Positions 63,201 through 64,000 of a DNA stretch of 64,000 bases are shown one piece after another. The stretch is from the NCBI GenBank assembly GCA_904063045.1, contig CAJFCJ010000004.1:1481713-1545712 (forward strand). The letters are read 5' to 3'. This DNA comes from Dimorphilus gyrociliatus. Taxonomy: Eukaryota > Animalia > Annelida. Both the position numbers and the translations under genes were made by a program. Each line of letters starts with the position of its first letter. The first letter of the stretch is position 1. The notes below the pieces were generated by a model that saw only the letters and a list, made by a program, of their open reading frames with translations, did no database searches and was not told the origin of the DNA.

Positions 63201-64000
63201 CATTGTGTGCCTGGCGGTCATTATGCAAATTAGCCTCAGCAATAACGCGTTCGTTGTACAAACAATATGTTGCACAAGGGGGAAAAAGGTGCGACAGATT
63301 AGAGTATGAAGGTTTTGTAGGCCTATAATAGTTTTAAATAAAAATAAGTTCAGTTGAATAAGCAATAATAACAATCCGTTTTGTTCGTATACACAGACGA
63401 AAGCCGAAAAGCCATTCTTCTCGGCCAACCACGAGCTCGACACATTGGTAAGTCTTGGTTATTCTATTAAATAGCTATACACAGTAGATCGATGAATGCA
63501 TTTAAGTATAGTATAGTTAAGGGTCTAGCCACTGTAGAATAGATATATATATTTTAAATAAAACTCATTTTAATGGCATTTAGATACATAATGCGTCTTA
63601 GTTGGTATTCGGTACAATGCGTTGAATATATTCAACCAACGTACATTCCCTATATATTATATAATATTATGCTATAGATAGAATAGTATACGGAAACATT
63701 GTCTAATTTCTTTTCTTATACAGTATAAACTGTGGTATTTAAATAAGACAGTGTTAAAAGAAAACCTATATAGGCCTAGACAGTATGTATTTTTAAATAG
63801 TTATATATATAGTATCTACCTATATACAAGTATATATATATATATATATATGTATTTATATATAGAAATTACATACATATATATATAATCTATATTATAC
63901 ATACATTTATACAGAGTATATATGTCTTTTACTGTATATAAAGTATATTGGCGCCGGGTTTATCGATCGGCCGATCAGGCGACCATGACGAAATATGACG

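Overview
AT-rich, gene-dense animal genomic DNA with very short GT-AG introns (mostly about 42-100 nt); a compact-genome invertebrate, probably a lophotrochozoan such as the annelid Dimorphilus (inference from intron size and gene content). I spliced about 20 protein-coding genes by hand: SLC22 3' end, PFAS, a 4xSH3 protein with a 48-bp tandem repeat, an antistasin-domain membrane protein, a divergent profilin, an NIT-type guanylate cyclase, an orphan scaffold, an SNX5/6-like PX-BAR gene hosting a nested antisense gene, XRRA1, an orphan ITAM-like receptor, FAM120-like, CCDC66, a NOS-reductase-only protein, LRRC74, an SPFH/band-7 protein, TMED7-like, a Tre1/moody-like GPCR, an 11-exon gamma-butyrobetaine dioxygenase-like gene and the 5' end of Meis/homothorax. 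Main points of interest: (1) a stand-alone NOS-type diflavin reductase with a predicted myristoylation/palmitoylation motif and no oxygenase or CaM domain; (2) an NIT-GC with a shrunken sensor and a lost catalytic Asp; (3) an intron-nested membrane adaptor; (4) an ITAM-like orphan receptor; (5) an apparent Meis regulatory block with a PBX-MEIS decamer upstream of Meis itself. No rRNA, tRNA, CRISPR array or intact transposon was recognised. All homology calls come from recalled family motifs, not database searches.
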